IMG/VR virus record: IMGVR_UViG_3300025645_000048
Span: 25,306 to 89,305 of that record
From: a virus
Reading direction: 5' to 3' (one strand)
Length of the DNA stretch: 64,000 bases
Program-made: the position numbers and the translations under genes
In this document: piece after piece, positions 37,878 through 47,282 of the stretch
How the letters are laid out: the number at the start of each line of letters is the position of its first letter
How positions within the stretch are numbered: the first letter of the stretch is position 1
Notes under the pieces: generated by a model
Told to the model about the DNA's origin: nothing
What the model saw: only the letters and a program-made list of their open reading frames with translations
Database searches by the model: none

Positions 37878-38241
37878 TATAGCAGAAAAAATATCTGGTA
37901 TTATTGACAAACATACTTTTAGTAAAGTTGAGAAAGCACAATTTGAAAAAGAGATGGAGGAGATATTTATCAAAGCTGAACTTGATCTTGAAAGAGAAAT
38001 AACAAATCGTCACGCAAATGATATGGCAAGTGATAGTTGGTTAAGCAAAAACATCAGACCAATGCTTACTATATTTTCTTTAGTTTTATATACTTTATTT
38101 GCCTTAATTGACGGAAACATAGGAGAATTCAACATAGCGAATCAATATGTAGATTTACTTGGGCAAATAGTTATAATGAGTTTAGGGTTTTACTTTACAT
38201 CAAGAGGTATAGAAAAAACAGCAAAGATCATTAAGAAATAA
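37834..38241 (+). CDS. Holin (GTA-type 3TM family, copy B)
   Basis: Homolog of 31664-32071; C-terminal half nearly identical. Confidence 0.8.
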   Translation: MKNILAKLFGGAGGSIAEKISGIIDKHTFSKVEKAQFEKEMEEIFIKAELDLEREITNRHANDMASDSWLSKNIRPMLTIFSLVLYTLFALIDGNIGEFNIANQYVDLLGQIVIMSLGFYFTSRGIEKTAKIIKK

Positions 38242-38375
38242 TGGCTAAAGGAATTAATATAAGCACATATAAAAGCAAATCAAAGAAGCGTAAAGGAATA
38301 CACGCAAAAAGTAAAATGAGTGCCTTAAAAGGCTCTAAAAACTATTTTAAGAAATATAAAGGTCAAGGTAAATAA
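38241..38375 (+). CDS. 44-aa basic microprotein ending YKGQGK
   Basis: Homolog of 27364-27489. Confidence 0.7.
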   Translation: MAKGINISTYKSKSKKRKGIHAKSKMSALKGSKNYFKKYKGQGK

Positions 38376-38564
38376 TTTTTTTATATATTTGTTTGGCTTA
38401 TAGCAAACTTGCACAACCTAATAAAGTTGGACGGTGCTTGGAACAGGTAACTAAATTATTTCTTTTTTGTAGGCTTTTTTCTTTCTTTTTCTTTTTGTCC
38501 TTTTTCTTTTTCTTTCTTTTTAGTTATTATAAAAACTATAGGTTATAACCAAAAGTTATAATAT

Positions 38565-38696
38565 ATGAATTGTAAGAAATGTAAATACAAAATGTTATAT
38601 TTAGGTAGTAATCAAAACGGTTATTATAATTTGTGTAAAAAATGCAATAACGTTATACCTACAAATGAAAAAATTAACAAGAAGCAAACTAATTAA
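38565..38696 (+). CDS. Zinc-ribbon microprotein (CKKC...CKKC)
   Basis: Translated manually; similar to 47282-47386. Confidence 0.55.
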   Translation: MNCKKCKYKMLYLGSNQNGYYNLCKKCNNVIPTNEKINKKQTN

Positions 38697-39054
38697 AAAA
38701 CTTGACAAAGTATTTAGTTTATATATTAGACAACGTTATGCTAAAAATGAGATAGCTCAATGTTTTACTTGTGGCAAAAAAGATCATTATAAAAGACTTC
38801 AATGTGGTCATTTTCAAAGCAGAAAATATTATTCTACAAGATGGGATGAAATAAATTGTCAGGTGCAATGTGCAGGGTGTAATGTGTTTAAGTATGGAGA
38901 ACAATTTGTATTTGGCAAAAATCTTGATTTAGAATATGGAGCTGGATGTGCAGAATCACTTTATTTAAAAGCAAAACAAATAACTAAATTCTCCACACCA
39001 GAAATTCAGGAGTTAATAAATAAGTATTCTTTGTTAATAAAAGAGTTAAACTAA
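38665..39054 (+). CDS. ninG: NinG/Rap-like recombination endonuclease
   Basis: DKVFS.YIR.R, CFTCG, CGHF.SR, TRWDE.N...QC..CN. Confidence 0.85.
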   Translation: MKKLTRSKLIKKLDKVFSLYIRQRYAKNEIAQCFTCGKKDHYKRLQCGHFQSRKYYSTRWDEINCQVQCAGCNVFKYGEQFVFGKNLDLEYGAGCAESLYLKAKQITKFSTPEIQELINKYSLLIKELN

Positions 39055-39098
39055 TTTTTATATTTATAGTGTTCTGTTACATTTGTCTTGTATAAAAG

Positions 39099-39128
39099 AG
39101 GGTTAATTCATTTTAGCCCTTTTTTTTT
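39099..39128 (+). terminator. Intrinsic terminator
   Basis: AGGGTTAA...TTAGCCCT plus T run. Confidence 0.75.
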
Positions 39129-39146
39129 GCTTATTTATTAAAAAAA

Positions 39147-39371
39147 TTGTTTATATTTATAATTAATTTAAAAATTATATATATGACTAAAAACAGAACC
39201 ATACCTTACGAACAACACTATGTTCAGGTAGGATTTTACCAAAACTTTATTAAAAACAAAGAACAAGAAATCAAAGACTTGAATAAGAAAAATGATTTAC
39301 TTGAACAAGAAAATGAAGTTTTAAAAGCTAAACTCGAAGTTGAACATTCTAATAACTTAATGAGATTATGA
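39147..39371 (+). CDS. Coiled-coil hypothetical protein (likely start MTKN at 39183)
   Basis: ORF after promoter-like region. Confidence 0.65.
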   Translation: MFIFIINLKIIYMTKNRTIPYEQHYVQVGFYQNFIKNKEQEIKDLNKKNDLLEQENEVLKAKLEVEHSNNLMRL

Positions 39372-39796
39372 ACAAAGAGAAATTAGCAGAACTTTATCAC
39401 AAGTATGAGTTATCTAAAGATGACTTCTTTAAACATCAACACTACACAATAATTACAAGACAAGGAATCGACAAGATTCAAGCTATAGAACAAATCTCTA
39501 TAGACTATGATGTAATTAAATGTGAAACTAACTTTGCAGTATTTAAAGCAATAGCAACTAAAAACAATAAAAAGATTATTACGTTTGGTTCTGCTTTAAA
39601 AGGTGCATCGTATAATGAAGGTAATTGTCAAAGCTGGTATGTTGCTGAAATGGCAGAAAAAAGAGCTATGTCAAGAGCTGTATTAAAACTAACAGGGTTC
39701 TATGAACTTGGAGTTTTTGGAGAAGATGAATCAGATTCATTTAAAAAGAAAACTACAAAAGAAGAACTAATAAATAAAATTAAAAACAATGGCTGA
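39368..39796 (+). CDS. Putative Rad52-like single-strand annealing protein
   Basis: IITRQGIDKI, EMAEKRA.SRAVLK..G; upstream of SSB. Confidence 0.6.
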   Translation: MNKEKLAELYHKYELSKDDFFKHQHYTIITRQGIDKIQAIEQISIDYDVIKCETNFAVFKAIATKNNKKIITFGSALKGASYNEGNCQSWYVAEMAEKRAMSRAVLKLTGFYELGVFGEDESDSFKKKTTKEELINKIKNNG

Positions 39797-39962
39797 CAAA
39801 ATATATAAAGAAAAAGATCATCATCCATTTGAGAATCAAATATTTAATCACTATAGAAAAACAGCTAAAGAAATAAATGAAGCTATAGTTCTATTAACGG
39901 AACATAACTATACAGTTATTGACCATCAAGGCAAATGGATTACAAAAGAAAACATTAATTAA
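39789..39962 (+). CDS. 57-aa hypothetical protein
   Basis: Translated manually. Confidence 0.55.
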   Translation: MADKIYKEKDHHPFENQIFNHYRKTAKEINEAIVLLTEHNYTVIDHQGKWITKENIN

Positions 39963-39974
39963 AATCAATAAATT

Positions 39975-40268
39975 ATGAGTGCAATTATCAATGCGAGTAT
40001 TAGGGTAGATAAATTACCTAAAGAAAAATTTATCAAAGGTAAAGACGGTGCAGTTTATTATAACTTAACCATTTCAGTAAATGACGATACAAGATACGGA
40101 AACAACGTAGCTATTATGGATTCACAAACAAAAGAAGAACGTGAAGCTAAAGCACAAAGAAACTATCTTGGTAACGGTAAAGTTGTTTGGACTAACGATA
40201 TTATTAAGTTAGCTGAAAGAGAAGAAGCAAATACAACTGCTCCAGTATCAAACGATTTACCATTTTAA
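39975..40268 (+). CDS. Putative ssDNA-binding protein
   Basis: GK.G..Y, YG.N, SQTKEER, YLGNGK; C-terminal DLPF. Confidence 0.7.
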   Translation: MSAIINASIRVDKLPKEKFIKGKDGAVYYNLTISVNDDTRYGNNVAIMDSQTKEEREAKAQRNYLGNGKVVWTNDIIKLAEREEANTTAPVSNDLPF

Positions 40269-40295
40269 GAAAACAAAATAAAATTTATTTTTTTG

Positions 40296-40323
40296 AAGGG
40301 GTTTTAAACGACCCCTTTTTTTT
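40296..40323 (+). terminator. Intrinsic terminator
   Basis: AAGGGGT...ACCCCTT plus T run. Confidence 0.75.
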
Positions 40324-40337
40324 ATATATTTATATAA

Positions 40338-41180
40338 ATGCAATTACGACTCGACGAACAACAAACAGTACAATATCTTGCAATGCAATCAATAGAAGAA
40401 GATTGTACAATAGATGTAAACGAAAAATTAGAATACCCTCCAGTAGCTTTGTCTTTTGGAGAAATGTTAATTAAAGGAAAAAATAAAGATATGCTTTTAC
40501 CTATACCGTTAGGAACTTATGGAAACTTCAGCTTTATACAAGCACCTCCAAAGACTAAAAAGACATTCTTTATATCACTTCTTGCATCCGTTTACCTATC
40601 AGATCAAAATCATTTCGGTGGTAATTTAAAAGGACATAGACAAGGCAAAGAACTAATACACATAGATACAGAACAAGGTCGGTGGCATTGTCAAAGAGTT
40701 TTTAAAAGAATTGCTGAAATGGCAGGAACATCAGAAGGCTATTTGACTTATGGTTTAAGAACTATTGGTTATAAAGAAAGAATAGAATTTATAGATTATT
40801 GTTTAGAACATAAAACTAAAAATGCTGGTCTGCTTATTGTAGATGGTATTGCAGACTTATGTGCAGACGTAAACAACATTGAAGAATCTAATGCTTGTGT
40901 ACAAAAATTAATGAGGTGGTCAGCAAAACACAATATACATATTATGTGCGTGATACATTCAAATTTTGGAAGTGACAAGCCTACAGGACATCTTGGTTCT
41001 TTTTTAGAGAAGAAAGCAGAATTACAAATACAATTAGAAGCAAATACAGTTAATAAAGAATGGATAACCGTTAAGTGCAAAAGAAGCAGGGGTTATGCGT
41101 TTGATACATTTAGTTTTAAGGTAAATGAAATGGAACTGCCTGAAATCGTTGGGGATTTATATGACCCATTGAAAAACTAA
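40338..41180 (+). CDS. RecA-fold AAA ATPase/helicase (AAA_25-like)
   Basis: APPKTKKT Walker A variant, IDTEQ, IVDGIADL, GHLGS. Confidence 0.85.
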   Translation: MQLRLDEQQTVQYLAMQSIEEDCTIDVNEKLEYPPVALSFGEMLIKGKNKDMLLPIPLGTYGNFSFIQAPPKTKKTFFISLLASVYLSDQNHFGGNLKGHRQGKELIHIDTEQGRWHCQRVFKRIAEMAGTSEGYLTYGLRTIGYKERIEFIDYCLEHKTKNAGLLIVDGIADLCADVNNIEESNACVQKLMRWSAKHNIHIMCVIHSNFGSDKPTGHLGSFLEKKAELQIQLEANTVNKEWITVKCKRSRGYAFDTFSFKVNEMELPEIVGDLYDPLKN

Positions 41181-41183
41181 ATT

Positions 41184-41663
41184 ATGAAAAACTACTTATC
41201 GGAAATCTATAAGAAACATCAAGTATGGATTGACATCGTTTGCTCCTTCGGATGCAATAAAGAAACATCAGAAGATATTACACAAGAGATGTATATCAAG
41301 ATTCAAAAGAGAATCAATAAAGGCTTGGATATTGATTTTGGAGATGACTATAATTATTACTATATTTTTAAGACATTAAAATCTTTGTTCCTTGATTTAA
41401 AACGCAAAGAAGCTAAAGTGAATACGTTATCTATAGACAATATGAGAGATTTTTTAGCAGACTTTGATGCTGCTAATTATGAAGAAGTTTATGCTACAAT
41501 ACAAAACGAACTAAACAATATGTATTGGTATGACAAAAAGATATTTGAGATAATAGAGGGAGGAGAAAGTATAGCCCAGCTTTCAAGAAAGTCAGGCATA
41601 CCTTACTATTCACTTTACAACACTTATAAAAAAGTAAAAGAGAAATTAAAAAAATTATTATGA
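41184..41663 (+). CDS. ECF-like RNA polymerase sigma factor
   Basis: EDITQEMYIK region 2; C-terminal HTH (S...LSR.SGI....LYNT). Confidence 0.75.
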   Translation: MKNYLSEIYKKHQVWIDIVCSFGCNKETSEDITQEMYIKIQKRINKGLDIDFGDDYNYYYIFKTLKSLFLDLKRKEAKVNTLSIDNMRDFLADFDAANYEEVYATIQNELNNMYWYDKKIFEIIEGGESIAQLSRKSGIPYYSLYNTYKKVKEKLKKLL

Positions 41664-42127
41664 TAAAAGTTAGACAATCAAGATTAGATTATTGTGCTAA
41701 TTCTGGTAATTTTTATGAAGAATTATTTTATAAAAAAGTAATTGAAAAAGGTTTTGATTATAGAAAATCTACAAATGAAGAAGATTGGTATATGCACATT
41801 GATTGTTATGTTAATGGTTATGGCGTAGACATAAAAGGCAATAGACATTTAGAAACTATTTGGTTAGAATATACTAATGTTAATGGCAATAATGGCTGGT
41901 TAAGAGGTAAAGCGTTTTATATTGCTATGTTTATAGTAGAATTAAATTGTTTTAGTATTTATAAAAGAATTGATTTATTAAATTATATAAAAGAAAATAC
42001 AAAAAAAACAACAAGTAATAAAAAAGATTATTTAAAACTTTATACAAGAGAGAAATGGGGAAAAAAAGATGAAATTGTAAAAGTTAAATACAATCATATA
42101 AAACATTTAGAATTAATAAAATTATGA
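41660..42127 (+). CDS. PD-(D/E)XK nuclease-like protein
   Basis: ED...HID...VDIKG, WLE..NV.G..GWL.G. Confidence 0.7.
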   Translation: MIKVRQSRLDYCANSGNFYEELFYKKVIEKGFDYRKSTNEEDWYMHIDCYVNGYGVDIKGNRHLETIWLEYTNVNGNNGWLRGKAFYIAMFIVELNCFSIYKRIDLLNYIKENTKKTTSNKKDYLKLYTREKWGKKDEIVKVKYNHIKHLELIKL

Positions 42128-42270
42128 GATTAGGAGACTTAATATTTTACATTACTAAATATACAGGTATTAAATGGCTTGTAGATTGGTATTCAAAAAA
42201 GACTGGAACTGATTGTGGATGTGATGAAAGAAGAAAGAAGTTCAATGAAATAAAAATTAAAAGATGGTAA
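42124..42270 (+). CDS. 48-aa DCGC-motif microprotein
   Basis: MRLGD...TKYTGIKWLV...DCGCDERR; homolog of 29292-29438. Confidence 0.7.
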   Translation: MRLGDLIFYITKYTGIKWLVDWYSKKTGTDCGCDERRKKFNEIKIKRW

Positions 42271-42473
42271 AATTCAATAAATATGATTTCAAAGACTGGG
42301 AACAATTTAGGCTTTCAAAAAAATCAACCATTAGTCGTAAAGAATTTAAAATGGTATGTCAGCTCCACGCAACCTATTACGATCATAAATACTACGAACC
42401 TTGTACTTGTAATCCCAAACTAATAAACAAATGGATTAAAGAACTTAATATCATTTGGAATAATGGGAATTGA
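42264..42473 (+). CDS. Hypothetical protein (H..Y..H...PCTC)
   Basis: Coupled ORF. Confidence 0.65.
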   Translation: MVKFNKYDFKDWEQFRLSKKSTISRKEFKMVCQLHATYYDHKYYEPCTCNPKLINKWIKELNIIWNNGN

Positions 42474-42873
42474 AACAATAAAGAAATTTGAAAAAGTATT
42501 AGTAGCTTTCTTGAATATGGATGGTTGGAATTTAGAATGGACTGGAGATGGCTTTAAACATTATGATGCTTGTGGATTCACACCTAAAGGAAATCCTTGT
42601 GTTATAGAAATGAAATTTAGAAACAAATACTATGAAGAAAAAATGTTAGAAAAATATAAATATGATGCTTTAATGAAAATGGATAAAGATGTAGTAAAAC
42701 TTTATTTCGTAAGTGACCCTAAAGGAAATTATCTATACTGGTTAAACGCATTAGAACTTCCAGAACCAAAAGATATGTATTGTCCTGATACTACACTATG
42801 GACTAAAAAAAGATTACTTAAACCTGTTTACTTACTTAAAGAAAACCAAGCCACAAGAATAAATTTAAATTAA
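42463..42873 (+). CDS. PD-(D/E)XK nuclease-like protein
   Basis: YDA...VIEMKFR...LEK.KY. Confidence 0.7.
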   Translation: MGIETIKKFEKVLVAFLNMDGWNLEWTGDGFKHYDACGFTPKGNPCVIEMKFRNKYYEEKMLEKYKYDALMKMDKDVVKLYFVSDPKGNYLYWLNALELPEPKDMYCPDTTLWTKKRLLKPVYLLKENQATRINLN

Positions 42874-42916
42874 GTTATTAAATATTTTGTTTATAACTTT
42901 ATTATTTGTATATTGC
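42873..42916 (+). promoter_or_regulatory. Repeated early promoter element AGTTATTAAATATTTTGTT
   Basis: 19-bp identical copy at 47385-47403; near copy at 43146-43162; TTTG followed by TATATT(G/A)-like box. Confidence 0.65.
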
Positions 42917-42955
42917 AGTATAATTACAACGAAGTAATTATTATAACAAAACAAT

Positions 42956-43105
42956 ATGATATATTTAAAATTAAGTAAAGACGAAGTAGAAACATTATAT
43001 GTTGCATTAGATAATGAAACAAAATGTTTTAGCGACAAACTTGTATGTGAAAATCACAAAAAAGATGTTTACAATATTTTACAACAAGTAATTAAATTAA
43101 AATAA
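42956..43105 (+). CDS. 49-aa hypothetical protein in its own transcription unit
   Basis: Translated manually; promoter before, terminator after. Confidence 0.6.
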   Translation: MIYLKLSKDEVETLYVALDNETKCFSDKLVCENHKKDVYNILQQVIKLK

Positions 43106-43109
43106 TAAT

Positions 43110-43137
43110 AGGGAGTGTAAAAGCTCCCTTTTTTTTT
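43110..43137 (+). terminator. Intrinsic terminator
   Basis: AGGGAG...CTCCCT plus T run. Confidence 0.8.
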
Positions 43138-43191
43138 GAATAAAATTATTAAACATTTTGTTTATATCGTTTAATTAACTATTTTTATTAA

Positions 43192-43905
43192 ATGATATTG
43201 TTAATAGACGCAGACAGCTTAATCTTCGCAAGTTGTTATAGAACAAGAGATGAAGAAAACGATGATCCTTACTATAGAGACATAGAAGATGCTATTGCAA
43301 AGTTTGATGAACAGTTTATGAAGATTGTAAATGATCTGGAAGAACAATACGAAATAGATAAAGTCATTACATTTAATGGAAGCAAAGGGAACTTTAGAAA
43401 AATACTAACACCAGTATACAAAGCAAACAGAAAGAAACAAGAGTTACCTCCATTACTACACGATATGCATCAATATGTTAAAGATACATACGACAGTAAA
43501 TTTGTATATGGATTAGAAACTGATGACCTTGTAGCTAAATACTGGCAAACACTATCAAATGAATTTGGAAGGGATAATGTAATGATTGTAAGCATAGACA
43601 AGGACTATAAACAATTTCCCTGCTTAATGTATAACTATCACTATAAACATAGATTAGTATTAGACATAAGTGAAGAAGAAGCATTATACAACTTCTATGA
43701 ACAAATGATAGTAGGAGATACAGCAGACAATGTAAACTACTTTAGAGGCAAAGGTAAAAAGTTTGCAGAAAAATATTTTAAAGATTGCAAAAGTAAATAT
43801 CAATATACTAAAAGACTATACGAATTATTTAAACAAGAATACAAGGGTAAGGCAAGACAGAAATACGCAGAATGTTATAACCTTTTAAAATTAAGAAATG
43901 ATTAA
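43192..43905 (+). CDS. 5'-3' exonuclease/flap endonuclease (PolA 5'-exo, T7 gp6-like)
   Basis: LIDAD, NFR...YKANR, ETDD, SIDKD, GDTADN. Confidence 0.92.
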   Translation: MILLIDADSLIFASCYRTRDEENDDPYYRDIEDAIAKFDEQFMKIVNDLEEQYEIDKVITFNGSKGNFRKILTPVYKANRKKQELPPLLHDMHQYVKDTYDSKFVYGLETDDLVAKYWQTLSNEFGRDNVMIVSIDKDYKQFPCLMYNYHYKHRLVLDISEEEALYNFYEQMIVGDTADNVNYFRGKGKKFAEKYFKDCKSKYQYTKRLYELFKQEYKGKARQKYAECYNLLKLRND

Positions 43906-44428
43906 AGAAAACAAATGGTTTGTTCAAAATGAGATAGCAGAAAAAGTAATAGAGCTATCAGGCATTAATATATTTGAACGTTCAAGAAAAAGAGAAATAG
44001 TAGAAATGAGATCGTTATTCTTCTACATATTAAAAAACAAATTAGATATGGGATTGACAGAAATGTCAAGATACTTTGAAGATAGTGCTTCAAGTATAAA
44101 TCACGCAACTATTATATGGGCATTAAAAAACTATGAACTATATAAATCAACAAATAAAAAAATACAAGAAATTGAAGAAATGATTATTCTAAAGACTTCT
44201 ATGAACATAAAAGGAATAAACAGGGAAACTTATTTAGAATTAAAATGCAAAGAACTTGAAGCAGAAATAGAAAGACTAAACACTAAACCTAATGAATCTA
44301 AAATAATAGACTTAATTAATAAAGTTCCAAAAGCAAGAGAAGGAGAATTTATTACAAGAATCGAATTAATGTTAAAGGGGTGGCAATGGCAATATAAAGA
44401 CAGTACTACAGCTTATGCAGGAGAATAA
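43898..44428 (+). CDS. DnaA domain IV-like HTH protein
   Basis: SRKREIVEMR...NHATII.A. Confidence 0.7.
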   Translation: MIKENKWFVQNEIAEKVIELSGINIFERSRKREIVEMRSLFFYILKNKLDMGLTEMSRYFEDSASSINHATIIWALKNYELYKSTNKKIQEIEEMIILKTSMNIKGINRETYLELKCKELEAEIERLNTKPNESKIIDLINKVPKAREGEFITRIELMLKGWQWQYKDSTTAYAGE

Positions 44429-44621
44429 AACAAAAGATTTAGCTCTTATTAAAATACAGTCAAAGATTTGGGAGCAAAAAAGATACATTAGAGAATTAGA
44501 ATCTGACATTGAAAAAGATGAAACAGTAGACTTCGAAACAAGAGAACTAAACTTTAATAATCTTATAACACAATTAGAAGTATATGAATACATAAAAAAA
44601 GCAATACAGAATTATGACTAA
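44415..44621 (+). CDS. Hypothetical protein
   Basis: Coupled ORF. Confidence 0.6.
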   Translation: MQENKTKDLALIKIQSKIWEQKRYIRELESDIEKDETVDFETRELNFNNLITQLEVYEYIKKAIQNYD

Positions 44622-44949
44622 ACAAGAATTTAAAGAAACAAAAAAATATCTATTAGACATCTGTCAAGAAATAATGGATGCTAAACAACCAGAATACACA
44701 CAAAAACATTTAGATATTCTACACAACTTTAAATGTTCTGCACAATTTGTAGGCATTGAACCAATGGAAGTATGGGCAGTATTCTTTAACAAACACATAC
44801 AAGCAATACTAACACACGCAGGAGACCCAACAACACCACAAGCAGAACCAATAGAATCAAGATATGCAGATGCAATCAACTATCTATTATTAGGTTATAG
44901 CTTATTACAAGACAGACCAAAAAAAGACATCATTTCAGGAACAGAATAA
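44614..44949 (+). CDS. Helical protein, DUF1599/nucleotide-modification-associated-like
   Basis: K..EY...D.L.NFK, KH, D.INYLLL. Confidence 0.55.
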   Translation: MTKQEFKETKKYLLDICQEIMDAKQPEYTQKHLDILHNFKCSAQFVGIEPMEVWAVFFNKHIQAILTHAGDPTTPQAEPIESRYADAINYLLLGYSLLQDRPKKDIISGTE

Positions 44950-44965
44950 ATTAAATAAATAAATT

Positions 44966-45724
44966 ATGATAAAACAATTAAAAATAACAGAAATCAAAGA
45001 ATTAATTAAAGAAAAAAACTTATTAGAATTTAATAGAGAAATAAGTCAAAGACATTCTAATGCTATAATGGATAGTATAAATTTATGTGGATTATTAAGA
45101 GTTCCAATAATAGGTGATATATCAAGTTTTGATAAAAGAAAATATGTTATTATAGATGGTCAGCATTTATGTAATGCTCTTGTAAAAATGCCTAATATAA
45201 GCAACAAAATTAATGTTATTTTAAAAAAATATAACAATAAAACAGAAGTTATAAGAGATGTTGCAAAATTAAATAATACACAAAAAACTTGGAATGATGA
45301 AAATTATCTTAATGCTTGGTATAAGTTTGGTAAAGATAATGTAGATCATTTTTCTAACTATGCATATTTATGGAATACATATAATAATATATTTGATGGC
45401 TTACCCTGTGGATTTTTAGTTGATTTATATGCAACCAGTAAAGAACTATTTAGAAATGGTCAGCTTGAATTTAGAGATGTACAATTTAGCGATAAACTTG
45501 CACAAATATCATTTATGCTAAAACAAGATTTTAATAAAGGTGCATTTACATTACAAGGTTTAAGAAATTGGGCATTTGAAAGAAAATTTATACAATTAAA
45601 AGATTTAGATTTTGCAAAATTAGAATCAAGATTAAAATTATCTTTAAAAAATAATGAGGATAAAAATTGTAATGGAAGGGATGACTTTGCTGATTTTATA
45701 GATAAAATATATAAAAGAATATAA
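44966..45724 (+). CDS. ParB-like (DGQH motif) protein
   Basis: NR.I...H, IIDGQH, LNNTQK.W. Confidence 0.7.
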   Translation: MIKQLKITEIKELIKEKNLLEFNREISQRHSNAIMDSINLCGLLRVPIIGDISSFDKRKYVIIDGQHLCNALVKMPNISNKINVILKKYNNKTEVIRDVAKLNNTQKTWNDENYLNAWYKFGKDNVDHFSNYAYLWNTYNNIFDGLPCGFLVDLYATSKELFRNGQLEFRDVQFSDKLAQISFMLKQDFNKGAFTLQGLRNWAFERKFIQLKDLDFAKLESRLKLSLKNNEDKNCNGRDDFADFIDKIYKRI

Positions 45725-45761
45725 TTATAAAAAATATTCATTTTAAAATAAGTTAAAAAAT

Positions 45762-45771
45762 ACGTTATATA
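45762..45771 (+). promoter_or_regulatory. Putative late promoter ACGTTATATA (copy 1 of 5)
   Basis: Exact copies at 48730, 55807, 57318, 59658, each just upstream of a packaging or structural gene. Confidence 0.75.
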
Positions 45772-45807
45772 GATATATAGAATTAATTAATTAATATTTT
45801 ATTAATT

Positions 45808-46080
45808 GTGGATAATAGAAAAAACAATGGAGGACATTCAACAAAAGGCTTTGCAGGTAGACCTAAAAAAGCAGACGAACTAAAGCTAATTGAAAAACTT
45901 GATGCCTTAATAGATAATGATGAAGTAATTAAAACTTTAGGCAAACAAATACTAAAAGGAGATTCAAGAGCTATGAATCTATATTTCGGTTATAGATATG
46001 GCAAACCTAAAGAATCTGTAGATATATCTTCAAGTGATGGCTTTAATGTAAACTTTAGAGACCTAATCAAATTTAAGTGA
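45808..46080 (+). CDS. terS: Terminase small subunit
   Basis: D.RK.NGG...AGRP.K; YRYGKP; directly upstream of terL. Confidence 0.75.
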   Translation: MDNRKNNGGHSTKGFAGRPKKADELKLIEKLDALIDNDEVIKTLGKQILKGDSRAMNLYFGYRYGKPKESVDISSSDGFNVNFRDLIKFK

Positions 46081-47282
46081 TTGAAATAAATAAAAAGTAT
46101 TCTCCTATTGCTGAATCAGATGGGAGGTACTTTATTGTAACTGGAGGACGTGGGTCTGGTAAATCATTCTCCATAAACCTCTTATTAGTTCTTTTAACTT
46201 ATGAAGCTGGGCATACTATACTCTTTACTCGTTATACTTTATCTTCTACTTATATTTCTATTATTCCTGAATTTATTGAAAAACTTGAACTGCTTAAAAT
46301 CTTTGATGACTTTCATATCACAAAAGATGAAATAAGAAATAAGCGTTCTGGGAGCAAGATAATCTTCAAGGGCATCAAAACATCAAGTGGAGATCAAACA
46401 GCTAATCTAAAGTCATTACAAGGCGTTACAACGTTTGTATTAGACGAAGCTGAAGAACTTACAAGTGAAGATACATTTGACAAGATAGATTTATCAGTAA
46501 GACAACAAGGCAAACACAATAGAGTGATACTAATACTAAATCCTACAACAAAAGAACATTGGATATACAAAAGATTCTTTGAGGATAAAGGAATACAAGA
46601 AGGTACTAATGAATCTAAAGATAATATCACTTACATACACACAACCTATTTAGACAACTTAAAAAACCTATCAGAAAGTTATATTAACCAAATAGAGAAC
46701 ATTAAACAACGTAGACCAGAAAAATATAAACATCAAATGCTGGGAGGGTGGTTAAATAAAGCTGAAGGTGTAATCTTAACTAACTGGTCAATAGGAGAAT
46801 TTAAAAAAGTAGGCGTTAGTGTATTTGGTCAAGACTTTGGATTTAATGACCCTAACACATTAGTAGAAACTAATATAGATACTACAAGAAAGATTATTTA
46901 TTTAAAAGAATGTTTTTACTTAAATGGTTTAACAACAACAGAAATAGCACGTTTAAATATGAAACACGCTACAGACAATTTAATAATTGGAGATGCTGCA
47001 GAAAAAAGATTGATCTATGAATTAAAACAAAAAGGATGTAATATAGTTTCTTCAATAAAAGGAGCTGGTTCTATTACTTATGGAATATCATTATTACAGG
47101 ACTATGATTTAATAGTAGACAAGCAAAGTATAAATTTAATCAAAGAACTAAACAACTACAGTTGGCTTGAAAGAAAATCTAATACACCAATAGATAAACA
47201 TAACCATTTAATAGATGCTATTAGATATGCAGTAAGCTACCAGCTACAAAATCCTAACAGGGGCAAATACTATATACAATAA
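46077..47282 (+). CDS. terL: Terminase large subunit (PBSX-like)
   Basis: GGRGSGKS, LDEAEE, LNP, GQDFG..DP, H.IDAIRY. Confidence 0.95.
   Translation: MIEINKKYSPIAESDGRYFIVTGGRGSGKSFSINLLLVLLTYEAGHTILFTRYTLSSTYISIIPEFIEKLELLKIFDDFHITKDEIRNKRSGSKIIFKGIKTSSGDQTANLKSLQGVTTFVLDEAEELTSEDTFDKIDLSVRQQGKHNRVILILNPTTKEHWIYKRFFEDKGIQEGTNESKDNITYIHTTYLDNLKNLSESYINQIENIKQRRPEKYKHQMLGGWLNKAEGVILTNWSIGEFKKVGVSVFGQDFGFNDPNTLVETNIDTTRKIIYLKECFYLNGLTTTEIARLNMKHATDNLIIGDAAEKRLIYELKQKGCNIVSSIKGAGSITYGISLLQDYDLIVDKQSINLIKELNNYSWLERKSNTPIDKHNHLIDAIRYAVSYQLQNPNRGKYYIQ

Noticed and set aside
30621-38241. Duplicated lysis cassette as DGR TR/VR pair or terminal repeat
   Set aside because: Differences look largely synonymous or conservative rather than adenine-specific, and are too many for a terminal repeat
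41660-42873. Restriction-modification system from PD-(D/E)XK nucleases plus methylases
   Set aside because: Nucleases are in segment B and methylases in segment A, unlinked
44966-45724. DGQHR/DndB phosphorothioation system
   Set aside because: Only a lone ParB-like DGQH protein; no dnd or ssp genes nearby
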